Source: Octopus bimaculoides
Taxonomy: Eukaryota
Length of the DNA: 64,000 nt
Direction: 5' to 3'
Assembly (NCBI RefSeq): GCF_001194135.2
Contig: NC_068982.1
Coordinates: 15,788,595 to 15,852,594 of the forward strand
Part shown: positions 39,301-51,301 of the stretch, piece by piece
Layout: each line of letters opens with the position of its first letter
Numbering within the stretch: the first letter of the stretch is position 1
Made by a program: the position numbers and the translations under genes
The notes under the pieces: generated by a model
Seen by the model: the letters and a program-made list of their open reading frames with translations, nothing else
Database searches by the model: none
What the model was told of the DNA's origin: nothing

Positions 39301-40556
39301 TCCTTTCTTTTTTTTTTTCAATTTGGTATATTTACAGTTTTAGAAGAACATTACCAAAGTATGCTTTCTTCCTCAATAAACAAAAAAGTGCTACTCAACT
39401 ATCTACTATTTTTTGTATTTGGAGACCACACACACACAAACACATAAGCATGCATGCACATACAGAATACACTTGCATTCATAGATACACACATCAAAGC
39501 ATTGATGTATATATGCACATACATGTTGAATATAGACTGGATGTGAATATTTGCATCTTCAGTGCAAAAGAGTTCTACTCTAGTTAATCATGTCTGATAG
39601 ATGTTTGGTTCTGCTTATGGCAGAGAGAAGTTAGACCTTGCACAAAACTGTTTAGCAACTTAGTTTGGCCAAAACCTGGTCCTTAATCATGATATTCTAA
39701 TTATCCTCATCTTGTTATTATTATATTAATTGTGCTCTTCTTATTTTGACTTATGAGCCCCTTCTGACTTTTGTGGTAAGTAGCTTGCTTACCAACCACA
39801 TGGTTCCGGGTTCAGTCCCACTGTGTGGCACCTTGGGCAAGTGTCTTCTACTATAGCCTCGTCAGTGGATTTGGTAGATGGAAACTGCCCAAGGTGCCAC
39901 GCCGTGGGACTGAACTTGGAACCACACAGCCATTCCTGTGCCTACATATATATGTATATATATATATCATTTTCAATACACAATTATAAAAGTGCAACTT
40001 ATCCTGTCATGCTTTAAAATACATTAAATTGACTAACTTATATAACATGTCAAGTATCTCCAAGCAATCTGTCAGATACAGTTCATAACGTTAGATGTAG
40101 TTTTTGCATTGGAGTAGGTATATTTTTGGGGTTTTCTACTACACACATACATACACACACACAAACACATATATAAGAGAGGTTAATAACACAGTATTCA
40201 ATGTTTTAATAAGATGTCCATGTTAAGTTGGATACACAGATTACCTTTTAGCATTAATAGTGCTTCCATCACTAATAATTAAATTTTATTAGTCAGCTGG
40301 ATATTTGTAACTTCGTTATCTGAAAAGATGGTGTTGTTCTTTATATCATAACAGTGAGATTTGACTGGCATGTGGTGACTGGATGCCTCCAACTGATGAT
40401 TTTCAGTAGAATGAAATCACGATATGGGAATTGCAGCACCCACGACAGACAATTCTCGTCTGCTATGATCTGTGTGTGAGAGGGTCTCTCGAGGCTAATA
40501 ATGCAGTATATGCTGTTCTAATAAGACATCCATGTTGTGTAGGATATAAAGATTAC

Positions 40557-40610
<54 letters not shown>

Positions 40611-40669
40611 TATATACACACGTGCGTGTGTATTTATATATGCTGATGGACAAGGACACCTGTATAAAG

Positions 40670-41280
40670 AAATGCTTATTACTTTGTAACTTAAGATTAA
40701 TCATAAGCTTTCAATGAGTTATTATTTTGCTGTTTTGTATTTTAAGAATAATGTAAAGCATTATTATTATTATTATTATTAGTTATTACATTGTACATTG
40801 AGATTAATTTTAAGCATTGATATAAGTTATTACTGTGTAGCTTAAGATTAAGCTACAATTATTAGTTCTTACTTTACCTGTTATGATCAGTCTTAAGGTT
40901 TGATATTAGGCATAACTTCATAACTTAAAATGAATCTAAAGCTTTAATATTTATTGCTACTTTGTATCTTATGATCAGTATTAAGGGATTGATATTACTT
41001 ATTACTTTGTAATTTAAGATTGATCTTAAACTTTCATATGATTAAAATAAAGTGAAACACTATTATTAGTTGTTACTTAGTACATTTAGATTTATTTTAA
41101 GCTTTGATATAAGTTATTAATTTGTAGCTTAAGAGTAAGCTACATATATTAGTTTTTACTTTACCTGTTATGATCAGTCTTAAGATTTGATATTGCTTTG
41201 TAGCTTAGGATTAATCTTAACCACAGATATTAGTTATTACCTTGTATCTTATGATTAACATTGTATCCTATGAGTAATAT
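40670..41280. repeat. Degenerate AT-rich tandem repeat with a higher-order duplication
   Basis: Unit like ttattactttgtaNcttaagattaatcNtaagcttt; a ~115-bp block at ~40790 recurs ~290 bp later at ~41080. Confidence 0.7.
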
Positions 41281-41996
41281 TTATTTCTTTATTGCCCATT
41301 GGGAGCTAAACATAGATGGGACAAACAAGGGCAGACAAAAGGATTAAGTCAATTACATCGACCCCAGTATGTAACTGGTACTTATTTAATCAACCCCGAA
41401 AGGATGAAAGGCAAAGTCGACCTTGGCGGAATTTGAACTCAGAACGTAATGGCAAACGAAATACCTCTAAGCATTTTGCCTAGTTAACGATTCTGCCAGC
41501 TCGCCGCCCTTAGAATATTAACGAAGGAAATATTGGTTTCCAATTTTGGCACAAGGCCAGCAAGGTGGAACAGCATAAAGTTGATTACATCAAGCCTAGT
41601 GCTTAAACTTGTTCATATTTTATTGACCCCCGAAAGGGATGAAACGCAAAGTCAATCTCAGCAGAATTTGAACTCAGAACGAAAAATCAGAAGAAGTACT
41701 GCTGAGCTTTTTATCTGGCACAATAATGCTTCTGCTAGCTTACCACCTTTATATTAGCTTATATAATAAGATTATCAAGCTTTGACAATGGTTATTAATT
41801 TACGTCTTAAGTTTTAACAAAATGCTATAAGTACTTTGTCTTGACATTCTACCTATTCTGTTTGGCCACTATCTTCATGGCACATCTTATTTATATATCA
41901 AAGTTTTCTCTTGAACATTTATAGCTTGGTCATTCTGTATCTCTAACAGAATGAAATATCTTTAATCACGATGTAAATGTATATATATTTATGTCC

Positions 41997-42046
41997 TTCA
42001 AAACAAATCTAGATAGCATAAATATGCTATCTAGATTTGCTTTGAA
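41997..42046. repeat. Short hairpin, 24-bp arms, 2-nt loop
   Basis: ttcaaaacaaatctagatagcata-aa-tatgctatctagatttgctttgaa, one mismatch. Confidence 0.85.
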
Positions 42047-42879
42047 GTAGTTTTAGCAGTTAGAAACTTAAAGAAATCCAAAGGAATGGATAGAGCACAA
42101 GATCAGCATTTGGCAGATTAAAATTTTAGATTCCAAATTTAATCTGATGTGACTGAAACTACATAAGTCTGTTATTTATACAAACAATTTACGGATTTTT
42201 TCAAGTGCTGACTGTGAAGAACTGATAACAGATAATTGATTGAAACTTGGAAGTACATCACACAACAGAATTGTGTATATGTATTCTGTATTTAAGAGCA
42301 AATTCAGGATTGTTACTTCAAACTAGAACTTAGAGAATGTCGACAAGAATCTAATTTGAATATGCTTTGTCCCTTCTTAATCCCTACAATATTTGTTGTC
42401 TTCTATAATTTTTCTAGCTTACTTATTGCCAAATCCTGATCCACTTACAATACTTTAAAAAAATATTTAATGCTAAATCATTCAGATTTCTCTCTCAAAT
42501 ATAATGTTTATTTATTCACATTGTTTTTAATTTATCTCATAGTTTTGAGATTTTGATCATATGATTGTTTATTTTTAGAACAACATTGTAGGATAGGTAT
42601 GAGAGGCTGGATCTGGTTTGGCTGGTTTGAACAGAGAACAAGCTAAATATGGCCAGTTTAAATATTAAAGGGCTGAGAGGTTCATGACTAATGAATATCA
42701 CATTAATTGAAATCCATGATTTTGGATTGCTAGTTAAATGGTTTCTCTTTAAATTGGACTTATAACCCATATATACCCCTGGTTGTGTTTTCACAATGCA
42801 AAACCTGCTCCTACTTACTTAAACATGAACTCGCCGGGAAGCATTTGGCTGAGCATACGAAATGTTCAGTAGGTAGCTA

Positions 42880-43100
42880 TTTCTTTATTGCCCACAAGAG
42901 GCTAAACATAGAGGGGACAAACAAATGGATTAAGTCGATTACATTGACCCCAGTGTGTAACTGGTACCTAATTTATCGACCCCAAAAGGATGAAAGGCAA
43001 AGTCGACCTCGGCGGAATTTGAACTCAGAATGTAGCGGCAGACGAAATACCGCTAAGCATTTCGCCCGGCGTGCTAACGTTTCTGCCAGCTCGCCGCCTT
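42880..43100 (-). mobile_element. SINE family B, young-looking copy
   Basis: Reverse reads ggcggcgagctggcagaaacgttagcacgccgggcgaaatgc...gagttcaaattccgcc (B box)...cttgtgggcaataaagaaa. About 20 copies, e.g. 16260-16470, 21925-22140, 29330-29550, 34820-34995, 41280-41750, 57495-57720. Confidence 0.85.
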
Positions 43101-44002
43101 GTTCAGTAGGTAGTCGACACCCATAGCTAACAGATTCATACTGTCTTTTTCTTCCAAACTGTGAAAGCCTACCATAACGTTTAATCTAAATACCGTGAAA
43201 TTTTTAGATTTCATTTTTGTTATCGGCATATATGGGATAATGTAAAAAAATCTTCAAACAAAACTAGATATTGTTTCACATATTGAGGTTAATATTGTAT
43301 TTGCTCTATGGCATTTTTCATCATGTTCATCAGTCATCAATCATGAACTACACATCATAAAGCATAAGATATAGACCAGGGGTTTTCAACCAGGTTCCAC
43401 ATGATCCTTGGGGGTTCATATGACATTGTTGTTATAATTTTTATGTAATAAACTGGTTATATTCCTTCAATATACAAAATATATTACCATTTTAAAAAAT
43501 TACTATCCCTAATATCATCATCATCGTTTAATGTCCGCTTTCCATGTCACCATGGGTTGGATGGTTTGACTGAGGGCTGGTGAGCCAGAAGGCTGCACCA
43601 GGCTCCAGTCTGATCTGGCAAAGTTTCTACAGCTGGATGCCCTTCCTAATGACAACCACTCTGAGAATGTAGTGGATGCTTTTTACGTGCCACCAGCATG
43701 AGGGCCAGTCAGGCAATACTGGCATAAACCATTCTCAAATGGTGCTTTTTATGTTCCAAACACCTGGTTAAAATGGCAAAGTTCTTTTATGAAATTCTTC
43801 ATAGGTGCAAGCGTGGCTGTATGGTAAGAAGCTTGCTTCCCAACCACATGCTTCTGGGTTCAGTCCCACTGCATGGTACCTTGGGCAAGTGTCTTCTACT
43901 ATAGCTTCAAGTTGACCAAAGTCTTGTGAGTGGATTTAATAAATGAAAACTGAAAGAAACCCATCATGTATGTCTGTGTGTGTGTATAAATACAGAAAAA
44001 TA

Positions 44003-44160
44003 GCATTCAGTGAACACATTGACATTTGTGCCAATAACAAACAACCCAGCTTCAGAATTTTTCCCCTCTATCAATTCAGGGACAATGCATCCTGTAGTCA
44101 GTGCATTAGAAAAGAGGCATACTTTATCATAAAATATAAACCCCTTTTGAAAGCGTCCAC
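44003..44160 (+). mobile_element. Penelope-like element GIY-YIG endonuclease C-terminal fragment
   Basis: SEHIDICANNKQPSFRIFPLYQF...IRKEAYFIIKYKPLL, matching the H...R..KE..FI..(L)KP.LN end of PLE GIY-YIG domains. Confidence 0.7.
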
Positions 44161-45284
44161 CACAAATGACAATATTACAAGGGCCTTGCAAATATTAAAA
44201 ACAATATATTCAGAACAGTCACTACCCATGAATTTATTCAGAACAATTCCAATCACTACTATTACAACCACAACAGCTCACTTTTAGGTCACTTGACCAT
44301 TTAAGAGGATTCCACCAACATCCTACTACTGTCATACCACTCCTGCATTTTTATTCTTTCACTTCTTCTTTGCTGCCTCCTTTCTCAACTACTACTGCTG
44401 CTTAAACAATCAAAAACAAGAATTCATATCAAATATTAGGACTACTACTACCTGTTGCCCACTACCTAGAATGCCCATGAGTGAGAGACAGAGACAGACA
44501 GAAAAAAAGAAAATATCCCTTGCATTTGAAAACTATGGAAATATTTTTTAAAAACATTTCATTTAATTTTTCCACAATTTAAGTTGGGAGTACAAATGTA
44601 CAAATTTAAGTTGAAAAAGTCACAAAGACTGAAACCAGTACTATAATGTTCTTCATGATAAAATTATTTTAGAATTTTCTACCTTGTCTTATTTTCCTTA
44701 TACAAATCAACTCGTGTGTTCTTTTTCAACCTTCTACATATAAATATACATATATATTATATGTGTGTTTGTGCCTGTGTTCGTTGCACACCACTGCTTG
44801 ACAACCAGTCTTGGTGTTTACATACCTGTAACTTAGCGGTTCAGCAAAAGAGACTGATAAAAAAACAGAAATAAGTCCTGGGTCAATTTGTTCGACTAAA
44901 ACCCTTCAAGGCGGTGCTCCAGGGAGCTAACATGGGTCATGTGTCCTTCTGTTGTATGAGCAAAATATGTTCCTGGTTTTGGACCCCTTTCAAAGATTTG
45001 TTCAGACATTGGATTGATTGTTACGTAACAACCATTAAACCCCTTAACCAGAATAATCAGAATCAGAAGTGCTATAGAATGGTAAATTGATAGAATGAGA
45101 GTGATGGCAGGTGGGGAGGGGGATGAGAAAGAGAGAGCGAGAGAGAGAAATGGCAACAGACATGTTCCCAAATTTCCTGACTCTCCCACCATCATCTCTT
45201 GCTCATCGTTACCTCTTTCATTCTATATACTTTTATTCCTTCATTTTTTCTTGTATCTGAGTGTTTGTAGATATGTATATATAT

Positions 45285-45322
<38 letters not shown>

Positions 45323-46639
45323 NNNNNNNNNNNNNNNNNNNNNNNNNNNNNNNNNNNNNNNNNNNNNNNNNNNNNNNNNNNNNNNNNNNNNNNNNNNNNN
45401 NNNNNNNNNNNNNNNNNNNNNNNNNNNNNNNNNNNNNNNNNNNNNNNNNNNNNNNNNNNNNNNNNNNNNNNNNNNNNNNNNNNNNNNNNNNNNNNNNNNN
45501 NNNNNNNNNNNNNNNNNNNNNNNNNNNNNNNNNNNNNNNNNNNNNNNNNNNNNNNNNNNNNNNNNNNNNNNNNNNNNNNNNNNNNNNNNNNNNNNNNNNN
45601 NNNNNNNNNNNNNNNNNNNNNNNNNNNNNNNNNNNNNNNNNNNNNNNNNNNNNNNNNNNNNNNNNNNNNNNNNNNNNNNNNNNNNNNNNNNNNNNNNNNN
45701 NNNNNNNNNNNNNNNNNNNNNNNNNNNNNNNNNNNNNNNNNNNNNNNNNNNNNNNNNNNNNNNNNNNNNNNNNNNNNNNNNNNNNNNNNNNNNNNNNNNN
45801 NNNNNNNNNNNNNNNNNNNNNNNNNNNNNNNNNNNNNNNNNNNNNNNNNNNNNNNNNNNNNNNNNNNNNNNNNNNNNNNNNNNNNNNNNNNNNNNNNNNN
45901 NNNNNNNNNNNNNNNNNNNNNNNNNNNNNNNNNNNNNNNNNNNNNNNNNNNNNNNNNNNNNNNNNNNNNNNNNNNNNNNNNNNNNNNCTTAAATCCTACA
46001 CCGTCTCTTCTTACCTGCCATACCAAACACCCCACTGTCCCCTATTTCACCATCCACCACTTACCACCACTACCATCACCACCACCTCCATTAGCACAGT
46101 TACCACCATCACCACCGCCACTAGCATCACCTACGTTCCACCACCATCACAACAACCAGCATCACCACCACTATCACCTCCACCACCACCATCACCAGCA
46201 CCACTAACAACACCTACATTCCACCACTACTACACCCCCCCCACTGCCATCGACATCACCACCACTACCACCACCACCACCACCAGCATTATGGTAGAAG
46301 CCGCAATCTTAATGCTAGCAATCCCTTAATATTCTTATCTTTGGCACAGAAACATTTTTAAAGTGCTTCAACAACAAGAACAACAGGAGCAGAAGCTGCT
46401 ACTGCTGCTGCTACTAGTACTACTACTATTGTACCATGATAACCATGGGATGCTAGTGTGGATGTGTGGTTAAGAAATTTGCTTCACTGTCACAGTGTTC
46501 TGGGGGTTCAATTCCACTACACCTTACCTTGGGTGAATGTCTTGCACATGAGCCCACAGCATGGCCATGCCTGATTCATGCAAGTTTCTATTAACAAGAG
46601 GAGTGTCAAGAATCGAACAGGTACCTATATATTCTGTTC

Positions 46640-47770
46640 TACTCTAGGCACAAGGCCTGAAATTTTTGAGGAGGGGGGAGGCAGTCGTTTAGATCGACCC
46701 CAGTACACAACTGGTACTTAATTTATCACCCCAAAAGGATGAAAGGCAAAGTCAGGCTCAGTGGAATTTGAACTCAGAATATAAAGGCAGACGAAATACC
46801 AATTTCTTTAGTACCAAAAAAAAGGCTATACAAAGAGTTTTTATAGGACATCATAAAACAAAGACAATACAAAACGCAACAGACATAAAATCAGGGAACC
46901 AAAAATACAAAAGCAGATGATGATAGTAGAAGAAAAATTAAAATAAAATGATAATATGCAAGAGTGAAAAAATGAGGCACAATGTCCACTCGACCCCCGA
47001 AGTCGGGTGGTTACATTTATCCAGTTTTTCACTTTTACTTTAACAGTTTTACAACTCAAAAAATTGAAATACTCGTGTTATTTTTCTCCCATTAATCACT
47101 GTTACTTCCATCTTTATCAACTGTAAATAATCAGTTCTAGCGGGTGGTGTCTCCACCAACCAAACCCGTTTCATTCTTACATTCTCACCAAGTTCTTTTA
47201 TGTACTCCCAGTAGTTTTCCTCATGTATCAAAATGTATTTCTCAGGCATCTTCACTCTTATTATTTCCAGACGAAATACCTCTAAGCATTTTACCCGGCA
47301 TGCTAACGTTTCTACCAGCTTGCTGCCTTAATTAAAATCTTTTGAACTATAGGCACAAGGCCTGAAATTCGGTGGGAGGAGGCCAGTCAATTAGATCGAC
47401 CTCAGTACGTAACTGGTACTTAATTTATTGACCCCCGTAAGGATGAAAGGTAAAGTCAACCTCAGTGGAATTTGAACTCAGAATGTTAACAACAGAAGAA
47501 ATGCCGCTAAGCATTTCACCTGGCATGCTAATGTTTCTTATTTCTTTATTGCCCACAAGGGGTTACACACAGAGGGAACAAACAAGGACAGGCAAAGGGA
47601 TTAAGCCGATTAAATCGATCCCAGTGCGTAACTGGTACTTAATTTATTGACCCCGAAAGGATGAAAGGCAAAGTTGACCTCAGTGTAATTTGAACTCCGA
47701 ATGTAACGGCAGATCAAATACCGCTAAGCATTTCACCTGGCATGCTAACATTTCTGCCAGTTCGCTGCCT
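46640..47770 (-). mobile_element. Three tandem SINE family B copies, one split by an insertion
   Basis: Copies at ~46640-47330 (interrupted 46801-47267), ~47345-47530 and ~47540-47770. Confidence 0.85.
46801..47267 (-). mobile_element. 5'-truncated retro-insertion with 13-bp TSD and an open ~70-codon C-terminal frame
   Basis: cagacgaaatacc at 46788-46800 and 47268-47280. Minus frame EIIRVKMPEKYILIHEENYWEY...TRVFQFFEL*, then ~250 nt of UTR. Confidence 0.75.
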
Positions 47771-47789
47771 TACAGGTACCTATATATGA

Positions 47790-48010
47790 CATCTGCAGGC
47801 CTAAAACAAGGTCTTTGACACCATCAGCCATGAGGGGCCTTGGAAGATCATGGGAAAGTTCAAAGTCTGCCGGACAAATTCAACTGTTTGGTGCGACAGT
47901 TCTAGGACAGCATGCTTGCCTGAGTATAAAACAATGGAGATTCTTCCAATGCTTTCCCAGTCACTAATGGAATCGAGTAGATTTGTCTACTCACCCGTAT
48001 GTTGTTCAGT
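47790..48010 (+). mobile_element. RTE-clade LINE reverse transcriptase fragment
   Basis: KVFDTISHEG-WKIMGKF..PDKF..LVRQF.DSM...NNGDSSNAFPVTNGI, matching RTE KAFDTVSREGLW...F.V.NGV. Confidence 0.8.
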
Positions 48011-49863
48011 GTGAAGGCACGTGGCTTAGTGGTTAGGGTGTTGGACTCATGATCGTAAGATTGTGGTTTCAAATCCTGGACCAGGCAATGTGTTGTGTTG
48101 TTAAGCAAGACACTTCGTTTCACATTGCTCTGTCCACTCAGCTGGCTAAAATGAGTAATACTGCGACAGACCAGCATCTTGTTCAGGTGAGGAATATATA
48201 TGCCATGAGACATAGGCTTACAAAGAATAAGTCCTAGGGTCGATTTGCTTGACTAAAAGCGGTGCTCCAGCATGGCCACAGTCAAATGACTGAAACAAGT
48301 AAAAGAGTGGAAAGAGTAAAAGAGCCAAGACAGTAAGAATGTCAGACAGGATGCCTTGTGGTATTTCTTCTGGACTTTTGTATTCAAAGTTGAAATCCCA
48401 CTGCGCCCTATTTGGATGTCACCCAGTTTAATCTGTCTGATACCAACCTGCCTGACACTACCCCTGGAGGATCTATGACAGATAATTCATGTTTTATAAT
48501 AGTTTAACCGTTTAACATTTAAACTAGCCATATCCATTTCATATATTCTGCTTGTTTTATATCTAGACTGGCCAAATCTGGCCTCTCACACCTACCTTAC
48601 AATATCTATCTGCATGGGGTGGGGGTATGCACTGTAACAATGTCACTACGTTCATCATTTGTTGGTGATTCCCTCCTATTTCTGCCAGATGACACCTTTG
48701 CATCACTCAAGCAACAACCTTCCAACTCTTGGGTCTGTTTGGGTGGTCATTGTTGAAGAGGGTTTTACGAGGTTGGAGTGCAATGCCCACCACGACCTCT
48801 TTTAGCTGTATTTTATGACATCCAAGTCATGCCGGTCCCAACAATGTCATTCTCAAAATGATCAATCACACGAGAAAAATCTTGAAGTTACATGATAATG
48901 CATAATTAATTCAAAGTAATGTGAATAAATAAGAATTACCTTTGACAGACTAATCTGAACGCTGAAAGTTTAAATTAAAATCTTTCTTTAAAATCTCAAA
49001 TCAATTTATGTTTCAAGCACTCGCTTATTAACAACAAGCAGAGACTACTATCTTTTTCAAAAATCAAGCCAACATTGGGTAATGTAAACCTAGATACACG
49101 ATGTCTGGAAAATAGTAAAAAGCAAAAATAAAAAGCAAGAATAAAAGATAAAATGGGAACATCACAGCTGGAATATATTTGATCATCGATTTACTGAATT
49201 AGGGCTGACATGTGACTAAACAAAAATAATAATAATAATAACAATAATAATAATAATAATAATAACGAGCAGTAACCAATACAAGGAAGCGATTTTTGTA
49301 GAATAACTATAGGATTGCTGATTGCCTACATAATACCACAGACATGAAAATAGATTACAGCATATAATTTGGTAAAGGAATCAAAAACAAACAACCCCAA
49401 ACACCAGAAAAGAGAAAAAAACAAAATGGAGATTTTAATGTAAATTGTAATGATTTTTTTTTTTTCCACCCTCAGACAAAATACATATATATTGTATTGT
49501 TCAAAACCATTTTCCATTGGGATGGCATCTGGAGCCAAATATTTGAATTTTCTAACAGAGTAATATATGTAGATGAATGGTAGTTTTGAGAATGTTTAAG
49601 ACGTTGGAATCTGACTTATCAAAACTTATTAGACTTTCAGCTCATTACGTCAGTTTATATGTCACTTGAAGTTTTACTCACAAACTTCCATTTTCAATTT
49701 TTTCTTTTTCTTTCTAAAACACACACATATATATAAATGTATGTATATAAAAAAAATATATAAATATATGTACTTACACACACGTGTGCACACACACACA
49801 CACACACATACATATTATACATATACGTGGAGAGACAGAATCATTCTCTCTCTCTCTCTCTCT

Positions 49864-49912
<49 letters not shown>

Positions 49913-50518
49913 NNNNNNNNNNNNNNNNNNNNNNNNNNNNNNNNNNNNNNNNNNNNNNNNNNNNNNNNNNNNNNNNNNNNNNNNNNNNNNNNNNNNNNNN
50001 NNNNNNNNNNNNNNNNNNNNNNNNNNNNNNNNNNNNNNNNNNNNNNNNNNNNNNNNNNNNNNNNNNNNNNNNNNNNNNNNNNNNNNNNNNNNNNNNNNNN
50101 NNNNNNNNNNNNNNNNNNNNNNNNNNNNNNNNNNNNNNNNNNNNNNNNNNNNNNNNNNNNNNNNNNNNNNNNNNNNNNNNNNNNNNNNNNNNNNNNNNNN
50201 NNNNNNNNNNNNNNNNNNNNNNNNNNNNNNNNNNNNNNNNNNNNNNNNNNNNNNNNNNNNNNNNNNNNNNNNNNNNNNNNNNNNNNNNNNNNNNNNNNNN
50301 NNNNNNNNNNNNNNNNNNNNNNNNNNNNNNNNNNNNNNNNNNNNNNNNNNNNNNNNNNNNNNNNNNNNNNNNNNNNNNNNNNNNNNNNNNNNNNNNNNNN
50401 NNNNNNNNNNNNNNNNNNNNNNNNNNNNNNNNNNNNNNNNNNNNNNNNNNNNNNNNNNNNNNNNNNNNNNNNNNNNNNNNNNNNNNNNNNNNNNNNNNNN
50501 NNNNNNNNNNNNNNNNNN

Positions 50519-50740
50519 GGCACATGAAAGACACCATTTCGAGCGTGGCCGTTTTCGTGCGGGTGACACGTAAAAGCACCCACTACACTCTCTGAGTGGT
50601 TGGCGTTAGGAAGGGCATCCAGCTGTAGAAACTCTGCCAAATTAGACTGGAGCCTGGTGTTGCCATCTGGTTTCACCAGTCCTCAGTCAAATCGTCCAAC
50701 CCATGCTAGCATGGAAAGCGGACGTTAAACGATGATGATG
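50519..50740 (+). mobile_element. Interspersed retroposon 3' module with (GAT)n tail (family C here)
   Basis: gtaaaagcacccactacactc...ggaagggcatccagctgtagaaac...gcatggaaagcggacgttaaacgatgatgat. About 18 copies, e.g. 3738-3975(-), 21240-21420(-), 30186-30338(-), 43515-43760(-), 60470-60800(-), 61300-61480(+). Confidence 0.85.
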
Positions 50741-50786
<46 letters not shown>

Positions 50787-50850
50787 CTATGTGTACATGT
50801 GTGTATATTTGTATATATATATATATATATAAATGTATCTTTGCAGGTAC

Positions 50851-50892
<42 letters not shown>

Positions 50893-50962
50893 TCAAACAC
50901 TCATTTGCACACCCACTCACATTCTCTTGTAAATGCTTGTCTCCTTCTCTCTCTCTTTACAG

Positions 50963-51026
50963 ACAAGAAATGATGGAATGGGTACGAATATTGGAGAAGA
51001 CACTGAGTTCTTTGGGCTTAATTCAG
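50963..51026 (+). CDS. Coding exon: PH C-terminal helix (R-QEMMEWVRILEKTLSSLGLIQ)
   Basis: (CT)n-tttacag acceptor, gtgaga donor, 64 nt, phase 2 to 0. EMMEWV..L has the conserved PH helix Trp. Confidence 0.88.
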
Positions 51027-51258
51027 GTGAGACTCAATTGATATTACATACACACACACACACAAACACACATGCTTATACATATATATGTGCATACATA
51101 TACAAACATGCATTCACACACACACAGACATATATATATATATATATACATACATACACACGCATGCACTCTTACACATATTTTTTGCATTTATGCATAT
51201 AAACATGCCCACACACTCACAGATGAACAGGCATGTGCATACACTATTACATATATAT

Positions 51259-51301
<43 letters not shown>

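Noticed and set aside
37985-39587. SLSLS/HTHT ORFs
   Set aside because: Translation of (CT)n/(CA)n repeats.
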